A stretch of 64,000 nucleotides of DNA from Nitrososphaeria archaeon. Lineage in GTDB: Archaea; Thermoproteota; Nitrososphaeria; JACIWG01. Position 1 is the stretch's first letter. Each line of letters starts with the position of its first letter. Under the pieces are notes generated by a model. The model made no database searches and was not told where the DNA came from. It was given only the letters and a program-made list of their open reading frames with translations. Location of the stretch: NCBI GenBank assembly GCA_026413865.1, contig JAOAKB010000001.1, forward strand, positions 69,624 through 133,623. Reading direction: 5' to 3'. A program made the translations under genes and the position numbers. Shown here piece by piece: positions 49,188 to 57,847 of this stretch.

Positions 49188-50940
49188 TACACTATTATTT
49201 TATGTAATGGTACTAACATTTGCAGCTAATCTCATACTATTAATTTTAGAAAAGGATGAAACTCCCGGCAAATGGTTTGAGAAAGTGAACCTTCACCTCA
49301 AGAATAGGTTTTTGAGTTCAAGATTCTTTGAAAAAATTGTTTATGATATTGCCTCAGACCTCATACCAAAATATAAAAGTATTAGCGTTGAAAAAGGCTC
49401 TGACGGACTCCTAGAATATATTGGTGAAATAGTTTACAAGTCGACATTATTCAGCATATTTTCCTTAGCCATATCATTAACTTTAGCATACCTTTTCAAT
49501 AATCTAATAATAGTAATTTTTGGAATATTAAGTTTTACAAGCATATTATATCCCTACATCGACTACCTTCTCTTAAGAGGAGAAAAGGATAGAGAAATAT
49601 ATAATGAACTAATATTTTTTGCATTCACAGAATACATTTGCCAAGAAGGTGGAAGAAATATAGATTATGCCTTAAATCATGTAATTAATGGAAGACTCTT
49701 CAAATGGATTAGGACAGAGGCAAAAATAGTTCTCACAGACCTACTGATACACTCTAAAAATTTATACAATTCTTTAAGAGAAAGAGCTTCAAACACAAAG
49801 GCAACAGTCTACAGAAGATTTTTGGACGGATATGCTGGAATATATGCTACTGGAGGAAACCTTCTCACATACATGAGCCACCAAATGGAGGTTTTAAAGA
49901 ACGATTTAAAATTTAGGATAGGGCAGTTTCTTGAAAAAGCTCAAATGATTTCTGAAGTAAATATTATTTTAACTGTAATAATGCCAATAGTAGTCATAGT
50001 TTCCTCAAACTCTCGAGCCGGCATAATAATGCATGTTATAGCGTTCTCATTCCTAATCATTTATATAATTGCAATGTCATTTTTTATAGAAGATTCCAGG
50101 CCTAAGACTGGACTGGGAAACATTAGAGTTAAACCAAAAGTTTCTGAAATAATATTAGCACTTCTAGTTTTTGTAGCAACATATATTATGTTTAAAAGTT
50201 TATGGCTTCCAATAACAGTAGCACTAATAACATTTTCTACATTATACGGTTATAGGGGAAAATGTAGACTTAAAGAGGGAAAAGATCTTGAGGAACCTTT
50301 ACCAATTTTTGTACGTGATATAGCAGACTATAGGACTGCTGGAAAAAGTATTTACCAGGCAATCACATTATCTTTGAAAGAAAAGGAGTATAATGAAAAA
50401 TTTAAGAAAGAGGTTATGGTGGTTGTAAACAAGCTTTCTCTAAACTCTACAGACCTTAGAACAAGTACGGGTGTGTGGCTTTTTGACTATGTGTTCGATT
50501 GCCTAGACTTAATGCAGAAAAGTGGAGGAGGCAGTACCAGCGTATTAATTGAACTAGCGAACATGATAGAAGATATAATTTTAGAAAAGGAGAAGGTTAG
50601 AAGAGAAACCGCACTCGCTTCATACCTTACTTATCTGGCACCAATACTCTTCACACTTGTTTCAGCATCAATGCTAGCACTTTTAGAAACAATGATAGTG
50701 GGAGCAAATTCTGGAACAAGCCTACTTCCTATCAATGCCATTCAAATAGAAAAGGATTGGCTTTACATGATGATCGTTGCAAACACATTTTCCAATACAT
50801 ATATAACAGGGCTTCTTAAAGAAGGAAGCTACGAGAACATATACATTACGGCTATAACACTGGTTATAGCATTAGTATGTATACTACAAATGGATAACAT
50901 GGTTCACCTTCTAAAAACAACAATTTTTGGCTTAAGGTGA
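49165..50940 (+). CDS. Polytopic pilus platform protein (FlaJ/TadC/UpsF-like, two T2SS-F-type repeats)
   Basis: 591 aa. Two cytoplasmic helical repeats are each followed by TM bundles (...GGRNIDYALNHV...ATGGNLLTYMSHQ... and ...AGKSIYQAITLS...SGGGSTSVLIELAN...). Its start overlaps the ATPase stop by 23 nt. Confidence 0.72.
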   Translation: MVITLETSTLLFYVMVLTFAANLILLILEKDETPGKWFEKVNLHLKNRFLSSRFFEKIVYDIASDLIPKYKSISVEKGSDGLLEYIGEIVYKSTLFSIFSLAISLTLAYLFNNLIIVIFGILSFTSILYPYIDYLLLRGEKDREIYNELIFFAFTEYICQEGGRNIDYALNHVINGRLFKWIRTEAKIVLTDLLIHSKNLYNSLRERASNTKATVYRRFLDGYAGIYATGGNLLTYMSHQMEVLKNDLKFRIGQFLEKAQMISEVNIILTVIMPIVVIVSSNSRAGIIMHVIAFSFLIIYIIAMSFFIEDSRPKTGLGNIRVKPKVSEIILALLVFVATYIMFKSLWLPITVALITFSTLYGYRGKCRLKEGKDLEEPLPIFVRDIADYRTAGKSIYQAITLSLKEKEYNEKFKKEVMVVVNKLSLNSTDLRTSTGVWLFDYVFDCLDLMQKSGGGSTSVLIELANMIEDIILEKEKVRRETALASYLTYLAPILFTLVSASMLALLETMIVGANSGTSLLPINAIQIEKDWLYMMIVANTFSNTYITGLLKEGSYENIYITAITLVIALVCILQMDNMVHLLKTTIFGLR

Positions 50941-50947
50941 TAAAAGT

Positions 50948-52138
50948 ATGGAGAATTTAGAAAACTATAGAATTTTATGCTTAGAAATAACAGTCTATGA
51001 AGAAAATGGGATAATAGAATATAATGTTAAGGAACCAAATTTGGAGGAAGAAAGCTTAAACAAGATTAATGCAATAATAGAAAACATTTTTTCAAAAGAC
51101 ATTTTAGGCAAAAATTTTGAAAAAAACAAATTGATTGAAAAATATGGGTTGAAAGATGAAGAACTATATCATCTTAACAAGAACATATCACCATATAGGC
51201 AACTGTATCCAATACTCTTGGACGAGAATATACTTGAGGCAACAATATTGTCACCCGAAAAACCAGTTTACGTTAGACACAAACACTTTCTAAAACAACA
51301 GTATATCAAAACAAACATAAACTTCAAGAACGAAAAAGAGTATGAAATGCTAATTGAGAAGATTAGAAATAAACTAATAGAATATGGTGATGGAAAATTC
51401 TATGAGGGACCATTAGATGAGAAATTTTACGCAAATCTTGTTATACAAAAGCAACCATATACAAGTTTTTGCATAATCAAAAGAAGGATAGAAATTTTTG
51501 ACGAAGAAATTTTTAAAGATAAGCATTTGACACCACAAGAACTAGCTTATCTTTGGACAATGCTTGAAATAAAAACTACGATGGCAGTCACAGGGTCAAC
51601 AAGAGAATACAGAAGAAACATCTTAAATAAGCTAGTTCAACTTATTCCAAAAAAAGCTCGTATAATGGTTGTAGAAAACACTACCACAACATTATATCCA
51701 CAGGAATATTTGATAAAAATTCATATTACAAAAAGCAAAGAGGAGTTTAAAAAAATCTTCGAAATCATTCAAAAGAATGATATCGAATATGCTATAATAG
51801 AGGGAGAAGAGATAGAAGAAGAAATAAAAATACCTTCTACAAGAAACTGCTACATTTACATGAGACAAACGCCGTTGACTGTCACGAATAAGATTCAGGT
51901 GATAGTGAACATTACAAACAATATTAAATCTAATAGAATAGAGTTGATTGAAGAGTTTGGAGAATATAAGACAAACATTTATTTTGAAGTATATGATGGA
52001 CCAGAAAAAGTTTATGATAAAAGTAGAATATTACAGCATTGGGCAAAAATAAACCATTATAGTAGAGAAAAAGTTTTAGAGACAATTTCACTAAAAATAA
52101 ACTATATACTATATCTACAGGACAATAGGACCTCTTAG
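50948..52138 (+). CDS. Degenerate (predicted catalytically dead) paralogue of the secretion ATPase
   Basis: Collinear with the 516-aa ATPase: ILLDENILEATILSPEKPVYVRHK versus LMADDNITDISCSAFNQPVFVKHR, and ELAYLWTMLE versus LAAYLWQVLE. Walker A is replaced by VTGSTREYRRN (51587-51619), the Asp box is IMVVENTTT, and the His box is lost (CYIYMRQ). Confidence 0.7.
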   Translation: MENLENYRILCLEITVYEENGIIEYNVKEPNLEEESLNKINAIIENIFSKDILGKNFEKNKLIEKYGLKDEELYHLNKNISPYRQLYPILLDENILEATILSPEKPVYVRHKHFLKQQYIKTNINFKNEKEYEMLIEKIRNKLIEYGDGKFYEGPLDEKFYANLVIQKQPYTSFCIIKRRIEIFDEEIFKDKHLTPQELAYLWTMLEIKTTMAVTGSTREYRRNILNKLVQLIPKKARIMVVENTTTTLYPQEYLIKIHITKSKEEFKKIFEIIQKNDIEYAIIEGEEIEEEIKIPSTRNCYIYMRQTPLTVTNKIQVIVNITNNIKSNRIELIEEFGEYKTNIYFEVYDGPEKVYDKSRILQHWAKINHYSREKVLETISLKINYILYLQDNRTS

Positions 52139-52169
52139 TTGCTTAAAAGGAGAAAATGAACATAATCTT

Positions 52170-53702
52170 TTGAACAGTATGAAAAGGAAAGGACAGTCTG
52201 CAAGTATAGCAATAGTCTTTATTGCTCTAATGTTTATTTCAGGATACACAATATTCTATAATCAGATTGAGGCATTCAGACAAGAGTTTAGATTGAAAGA
52301 AGATATTTTATCAAGACAGGTTGACAGAGCAAAAGAGAATATAAAGATATTTTATGAAAATAATAAGATTATTTTATATAACGATTGGACAAAATTTTCA
52401 GAAATAAAATATATAGTTTTCTTGAATAAAAGTAACTTTGTAGAGAATGTTGTTGAAACAAAAGTCATATTGCCTCCTGGAGGAAGAGAAAATTTACAGA
52501 TTACATGGAAAAGTGATAAAGTTGGTGTAATAACATCACTTGGAAACCTCTTCTTAAAAGAAAATGAGGACGTAAAAGAGGACATAATACCAGTTGGATT
52601 ATATAATGGAGAGGGAAGCATAACTCCAGTAAGACTCTACATTAATCCAGAAAATCCGAAAGTATTCAATGTGGTTGTAGGATTACATTATGTTTACACA
52701 TATAATATCACTAACTGTCAGTTGATTGCAGTACGCTATGTTGATGCACCACGTTCTCTTGAAGACAATCCTTACAGGGGATGGGTATATTATATGCATC
52801 CTGTTATACCATTCTACGACCTTTCTGGTTGGGCAAGCTGGCAAATGGTTTCCTTCACAAGTGGTAAAGTTAGAACAGTTTATGATACAGCATATATTTT
52901 TGTATACAAGTTCCTTTGTCAATCAGGCGGCCAAAAGGTTGAGAGCGTTACAGGAACAACAACATATTCATACTATATACAGCAGGTTAGTACTGATGGT
53001 AGTAGAGCATGGATACTAATGTTGTCTTCAACATCAGGGACAGGAGCCCAAGTCTTCTATTCTCTTGTTAGTCCCACTAGTTCGAATCCTGGTTCTGCAA
53101 ATGGTTTAGGTGTAACATTATCGGGATCCTCTTATGCTAGTTATGGTATTGTATCATTCAATTACCCTTATTTTATAGTTTACAAGTATGATTCATCCAC
53201 CTACTATTATTATGTTTACAAGATAAGTGGTGGAAGTGCTATAAACAAGCCATGGGCTTCCGGTAGTTCAAGCTCACCATACAAAAGCTATAGTTCACCT
53301 CCAAGTGTTATCATTACAAGAGATGGATACTATATCGAAAGAAACGGTGATTCATTCACATCATATAATATGGAGACTGGAGGATACGGTGACCAAGTAT
53401 TTTGGACTGCACCATATTCTGTACTAGGCTGCAAGTATACAAGATACGGTCTCATACTGCTAAGATGGAACGGATTCGACATACTCAACAGTAGACTACA
53501 GGTTGTAAAAAGTGTTAACCTACCAGAAGGCTACAACTGGTACTATACATTACAAACATACTTTTCAAATTTTGTGAGAGAGAAAACAGACTATGGTTAC
53601 GAATATTTCGAATACCAGCTTTCATTAATAGACTCGAATACAGCACTAGCAATATTATCGGGCCCAGATGGGTTAGCTAAAATAGTTAAACTCACTTTCT
53701 AA
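52170..53702 (+). CDS. Large (about 510 aa) pilin-like protein with a class III signal peptide and a Ser/Tyr/Gly-rich beta-rich C-terminal region
   Basis: MKRKG|QSASIAIVFIALMFISGYTIFY, with the likely start at ATG 52179. The C-terminal half is rich in S/Y/G (SSTSGTGAQVFYSLVSPTSSNPGSANG...YDSSTYYYYVYKISGGS...). Confidence 0.6.
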   Translation: MNSMKRKGQSASIAIVFIALMFISGYTIFYNQIEAFRQEFRLKEDILSRQVDRAKENIKIFYENNKIILYNDWTKFSEIKYIVFLNKSNFVENVVETKVILPPGGRENLQITWKSDKVGVITSLGNLFLKENEDVKEDIIPVGLYNGEGSITPVRLYINPENPKVFNVVVGLHYVYTYNITNCQLIAVRYVDAPRSLEDNPYRGWVYYMHPVIPFYDLSGWASWQMVSFTSGKVRTVYDTAYIFVYKFLCQSGGQKVESVTGTTTYSYYIQQVSTDGSRAWILMLSSTSGTGAQVFYSLVSPTSSNPGSANGLGVTLSGSSYASYGIVSFNYPYFIVYKYDSSTYYYYVYKISGGSAINKPWASGSSSSPYKSYSSPPSVIITRDGYYIERNGDSFTSYNMETGGYGDQVFWTAPYSVLGCKYTRYGLILLRWNGFDILNSRLQVVKSVNLPEGYNWYYTLQTYFSNFVREKTDYGYEYFEYQLSLIDSNTALAILSGPDGLAKIVKLTF

Positions 53703-53714
53703 AAAATTTTTTAA
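53701..53714. terminator. Candidate bidirectional oligo-T terminator between convergent genes
   Basis: A6T6 (aaaaaatttttt) lies directly after the stop of 52170-53702 and about 20 nt after the stop of the convergent ParB-like gene. It reads as a T-run on both strands. Confidence 0.4.
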
Positions 53715-53734
53715 TATTGCTAAATTGAACTTTT

Positions 53735-54802
53735 TCATTCAAAATAGGCTATCATGTCAGCATAGTTAATGCGAAGTCTTTTTCCCACATGTTCTGGCAA
53801 AATTTCTATAATCTTTTCAGCAGGCTTATCCCACTTTTCTAGTATATCAAGAATCTTACCCCTAACCAAATAAACTCTGCCACATTGACACTTAAAATAC
53901 GAACTTTTCCTATTCTTCAATTCATGACCATTCAATGGAGCAAGAGAATAAAGAGAACTTTTATCTAAGTTTTCCAGAAAAGTGCTCCTGATAAAATTAA
54001 CTTGACCGCTTTCATCACAAATTTTACACAACCTTTCAATCCTATCTTCAGAAAATGTTAGAGGATCCCTTTCAACAATTGACTTTAAAAGTTCAGCCGA
54101 TTTAGGAAATATCAAGCCACCAGAAACCTTCTCATCTATGATCGAAAGAATCCTCAGTTTTGTGAGAAAATTTGCAACAATCCTTTCAGCCTCCGGCCCA
54201 GAAACATTTCCTTCAAAAAATTCTTTTGCAAAAGACAGCATATCTTTTTCAGGAAGCTTTGAAAGTGCAATTAGATGCCTGAACGTGAATCTGAAACCAT
54301 TTTCAAAATAATCTTCACTAGAATCATTTACTTTATATATAAATTCTTTTACCTCAGCCGACAATCTTGTAAGCTGCAGAATATAGTCTACTGTGTAGGC
54401 TGAAAGATTATATTTTTTGGCAATTTCTCTAACAGTCAAGCCACAATTTCTTTCAATATTAAATAATTCTCCAGCCTTAAGATAATCTATTCTACCCCTC
54501 TGATAGTTCCTTTTAAAACACTCAATCTTAACATCTTCATCAGACAAGTGTACAATTTCAGCTCTAATAGTTTCAAATCCAAGTTCTAGTGCAGCCCTCC
54601 ATCTATGTTCACCATCAACAATCATAAAACCATCAGTCCTTGGCGTAACAAGTATTGGTGGAATACCTTCAACACCCTTTTCTAAAAGGTCCCGCTTTAA
54701 GCTCTCATATTCTTTATAGCACATACGGTTTGCGTTAAAGGGATTAGGATAAACCTTTTTCAGTGGCAGATATGTGAATTCACACTTTGGCCAAGCCTTC
54801 AT
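53735..54802 (-). CDS. ParB/Spo0J-like DNA-binding protein (ParB N-terminal domain + HTH + C-terminal Cys motifs)
   Basis: YPNPFNANRM..., PILVTPRTDGFMIVDGEHRWRAALELGFETIRAEIV (the GERRxRA box with R to H), NYQRGRIDYLKAGELF, and the HTH LTVREIAKKYNLSAYTVDYIL. The C-terminus carries CKICDESG and FKCQCG. Confidence 0.75.
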   Translation of the reverse strand: MKAWPKCEFTYLPLKKVYPNPFNANRMCYKEYESLKRDLLEKGVEGIPPILVTPRTDGFMIVDGEHRWRAALELGFETIRAEIVHLSDEDVKIECFKRNYQRGRIDYLKAGELFNIERNCGLTVREIAKKYNLSAYTVDYILQLTRLSAEVKEFIYKVNDSSEDYFENGFRFTFRHLIALSKLPEKDMLSFAKEFFEGNVSGPEAERIVANFLTKLRILSIIDEKVSGGLIFPKSAELLKSIVERDPLTFSEDRIERLCKICDESGQVNFIRSTFLENLDKSSLYSLAPLNGHELKNRKSSYFKCQCGRVYLVRGKILDILEKWDKPAEKIIEILPEHVGKRLRINYADMIAYFE

Positions 54803-55565
54803 AAGAGAACACCGTAACCTTGTCCAAAACTTTCCTTAGATTGTTAAAGTCTAGACAAAAATGTTTTGAAAGAAGCCTTAATGTTACAGGATTTTCTAGA
54901 CCAAACGACCTGAAAACCCTATTACATGAAACATATATTGATATTATACACTTAACTTTCAAAGACTCACCTAAAAAACGGTAATCTTCCAAAAATTTCA
55001 AGCAATATAGTTTAATTTTAGACCAGAGAATATTTTCGTTTAATTGATAAAAGTTTCTAACATATTCTCTGACAAAAATGTTTGACTTTAAACTTTCAAG
55101 TAAAAAGTTAAGATATGAGCTTAAGTTAAAACTTTTGTAAGAATAATATTTCCAGAACCTTGAAAGAATTCTCATACAGTTTCTTTCATTAACCTTCAAA
55201 CCCATACTACGAAATTCTTTCAAAACCATTTCACAGAAAAATGGATTTAAGTTCTTGCAAGCAGAATAAAGGCTGAAGAAAGCAATTTCAAGACCATTAA
55301 ATCTTGTACCAGACTCTATAATAGATTCTGCAATATAAGATGCATCATTAAGAATGGTGCTATTAAAGTCTAGACGGTCACAAACATCCTTTATTATATA
55401 CAGTATGCTAGAACGCTTAGAGGCAAATGGTTTAGGAAAATTGTGAAAAAAAGGTTTAGACTGATGGTCATATATTTCTTCAAAAATTTTACCACACTTT
55501 TCACAAACATATTCTTCATTATCAAAAACTACTCTACTACCACATTCACTACATTTATATGGCAT
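54780..55565 (-). CDS. Divergent, shortened TFB/TFIIB-like protein (Zn ribbon + cyclin-like repeats, reduced B-reader/linker)
   Basis: MPYKCSECGSRVVFDNEEYVCEKCGKIFEE closely mimics the TFB Zn ribbon. LDFNSTILNDASYIAESIIESG...EIAFFSLYSACKNLN resembles the first cyclin-fold helices. At 261 aa it is shorter than the roughly 300 aa I recall for canonical TFB. It overlaps the ParB-like gene by 23 nt. Confidence 0.55.
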   Translation of the reverse strand: MPYKCSECGSRVVFDNEEYVCEKCGKIFEEIYDHQSKPFFHNFPKPFASKRSSILYIIKDVCDRLDFNSTILNDASYIAESIIESGTRFNGLEIAFFSLYSACKNLNPFFCEMVLKEFRSMGLKVNERNCMRILSRFWKYYSYKSFNLSSYLNFLLESLKSNIFVREYVRNFYQLNENILWSKIKLYCLKFLEDYRFLGESLKVKCIISIYVSCNRVFRSFGLENPVTLRLLSKHFCLDFNNLRKVLDKVTVFSYEGLAKV

Positions 55566-55617
55566 CAGAAAAATAGGTTATAATAGAATTTAAGAACCTA
55601 CAAGAAATCTTTACATG

Positions 55618-55821
55618 CTAAAATTCTATCAAATGCTTTTTAATAGGATCGAGAAAATCTGGAGAAACGGCTCCTATGATATCAAAAATCCTTTTATCAG
55701 TTACAGAAATAATATCACATACACAAAACTCAAAAACATGTAGAAGTGCCAAGATTTTCAGCCTTAGAGCATCACCGCAAGCCCTAAGCAGCCTCGCACA
55801 AACTCTATCCAAACCATTCAT
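55618..55821 (-). CDS. Short ArsR/SmtB-family HTH protein (lacks the wing and C-terminal helix; possibly truncated)
   Basis: ALRLKILALLHVFEFCVCDI matches the ArsR alpha2-alpha3 region with the As(III)-type CVC motif. It is only 67 aa long. It is divergent from acr3 and sits 52 nt upstream of the TFB-like gene on the same strand. Confidence 0.5.
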   Translation of the reverse strand: MNGLDRVCARLLRACGDALRLKILALLHVFEFCVCDIISVTDKRIFDIIGAVSPDFLDPIKKHLIEF

Positions 55822-56052
55822 AGGATTTTTTAAATAAAATATTAGCTAAGCTCATTATTTAACCTTTATAAGAATATTTAAATACTGTTATTTTTATCCC
55901 CAATTTATGCAAAAAATTTATAAAAATTGAGGTATTGAAAATGTCTAAAGCGACACTACTTTCCTGGATTTTAGGCCAAATTCATGATATAGTGAACATG
56001 ACTACAACAAAAAAAGCTTTTTCATCTTATACCATTATAGCAGGCGCCTATA

Positions 56053-57156
56053 GTGAATAGTATAGGCATAAGACTCTCTTTAGAGGTGAAATATGCTTTG
56101 AAAACAGAAAAGAAGCTTTCGATCTTGAACAAGTTTCTAACATTATGGATATTCTTGGCAATGGTTACCGGTGTAGTATTAGGTTACATCTTTCCACAGA
56201 TATCAGTTTACTTGAGTGCAGCAAGCATTGGGACAACATCAATCCCAATAGCTTTAGGCCTTATCTGGATGATGTATCCGCCACTTGCAAAAGTCAAGTA
56301 TGAGGAGTTGAAGGAAATTGTTAGGGCGCCAGGCTCTAAAACCGTTGTCACATCATCACTATTTCTCAACTGGATAATTGGACCAGCCCTAATGTTTGTT
56401 TTAGCGTGGACATTTCTAGCAGATTTTCCAGAATATAGGAACGGTATAATTTTGGTTGGACTCGCACGATGTATAGCTATGGTTATAGTATGGAATGAAT
56501 TGGCTAACGGAGATACTGAGTGGGCTGCTATACTTGTTGCATTAAACTCCATATTCCAGATAGCAACATATTCACTTTTAGCATACTTTTACATCACGAT
56601 TATAAGCTCATGGATTTCTGGAAAAGGTACAATTGTTGAAATTTCATTTTATGAAATAGCACAGTCTGTATTGATATATCTTGGCATACCATTCTTTGGA
56701 GGAGTTTTAACAAGATTCTATTTTCTTAAAACAAGAGGAAAAGAATGGTATGAGAAGATATTTTTGCAAAAGATAGGGCCGACATCACTCTTTGCACTAC
56801 TCTTCACCATAGTTGTAATGTTTTCTCTTAAGGGAGAATATATTGTCAAGACACCATTTGATGTTGCAATAATATCAGTACCATTAATTTCATATTTTAC
56901 AATAATGTTTGCAGCATCATTTATTCTAGGATATTTCATGAAACTAGACTATGAGAGGACGACAACATTATCCTTTACAGCAGCAAGCAACAACTTTGAG
57001 CTAGCTATAGCAGTTGCAGTAACAGTATTCGGAATAACCTCAAAAGAGGCATTCGCTACAGTAATAGGACCACTTATAGAAGTGCCCGTAATGATAGGTC
57101 TAGTTAATGTAGCACTATGGGCAAGAAAAAAATTTGTTAACAAGCAAAAAATATAA
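56053..57156 (+). CDS. acr3: Arsenite efflux permease, ACR3 family
   Basis: [71 protein letters not shown] and LNSIFQI match the ACR3 consensus closely. The true start may be an internal GTG/TTG near 56086-56098. Confidence 0.9.
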   Translation: MNSIGIRLSLEVKYALKTEKKLSILNKFLTLWIFLAMVTGVVLGYIFPQISVYLSAASIGTTSIPIALGLIWMMYPPLAKVKYEELKEIVRAPGSKTVVTSSLFLNWIIGPALMFVLAWTFLADFPEYRNGIILVGLARCIAMVIVWNELANGDTEWAAILVALNSIFQIATYSLLAYFYITIISSWISGKGTIVEISFYEIAQSVLIYLGIPFFGGVLTRFYFLKTRGKEWYEKIFLQKIGPTSLFALLFTIVVMFSLKGEYIVKTPFDVAIISVPLISYFTIMFAASFILGYFMKLDYERTTTLSFTAASNNFELAIAVAVTVFGITSKEAFATVIGPLIEVPVMIGLVNVALWARKKFVNKQKI

Positions 57157-57847
57157 CTTTTATACAATAATTATATATGAAGGGATAAGATTGAAGAGTA
57201 TTACAGAATATTTTAGGAAAGAATATGATAGGATTTGGGAAAAAATATTGAATCACCCCTTTGTAGTGCAATTATATTCAGGAAAGCTTCCATTAAATAA
57301 ATTCAAATATTATGTTATACAAGATTTCAACTATCTTGTAGGTGTTACTAGAGTATTATGTTTAGCTGCTTCAAAATCACCAAGCCTAGACTATGCGAAG
57401 AAAGCTCTAGAATTGGCTTACGGAACTGTTACAGGGGAAATGGAAAATTATATTAAACTTTTGAATGAACTTGACATAAAATTGGAGGAAGTTTCTGGAA
57501 TTGAACCTAATCCAACAAACACCGCTTACATGAATTTTCTTGCATATGTTGGGTATGTGACAGATTTTTGGACAACCATGACAGCCTTCCTACCATGTGC
57601 ATGGACATATGAGGAGATAGCTGAAAGAAACAAGTTTAGATTAGAAACAAATGATGTTGAGACATATAGAAAATGGTGTAGCATATATTTAAGCAAAGAG
57701 TACAAGGATTTGGTTAAAATGTTAAGGAATATTGTTGATGAGTCACCTTTAGAACCTATGACACTTAAACCATACTTTTTCACAGCATTAAGGTACGAGT
57801 ATATGTTTTGGGATGCTGCATATAGGGAAGAAACGTGGCCAATATAA
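57134..57847 (+). CDS. tenA: TenA/thiaminase II family protein
   Basis: [34 protein letters not shown] and [11 protein letters not shown]. The likely real start is TTG 57191, which removes the overlap with acr3. Confidence 0.8.
   Translation: MLTSKKYNFYTIIIYEGIRLKSITEYFRKEYDRIWEKILNHPFVVQLYSGKLPLNKFKYYVIQDFNYLVGVTRVLCLAASKSPSLDYAKKALELAYGTVTGEMENYIKLLNELDIKLEEVSGIEPNPTNTAYMNFLAYVGYVTDFWTTMTAFLPCAWTYEEIAERNKFRLETNDVETYRKWCSIYLSKEYKDLVKMLRNIVDESPLEPMTLKPYFFTALRYEYMFWDAAYREETWPI

Noticed and set aside
48227-53019. Antisense or alternative-frame ORFs within the pilus locus (48227-48655, 52352-52621, 52683-52922, 52726-53019).
   Set aside because: Each is nested in a longer ORF with recognisable domains or signal architecture. 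There is no independent support for them.
45585-55821. Calling the tRNA-Lys-adjacent block a defined integrated mobile element.
   Set aside because: By eye I found no integrase or recombinase gene and no direct repeat of the tRNA 3' or 5' segment in the flanking intergenic regions (43585-43735, 44528-44714, 53703-53734, 55566-55617, 55822-56052). It is reported only as a hypothesis in the findings.
55941-56060. A 39-aa ATG ORF (MSKATLLSWILGQIHDIVNM...) upstream of acr3.
   Set aside because: It is short, has no motif, and lies in the divergent ars promoter region in a different frame from acr3. It is probably non-coding.
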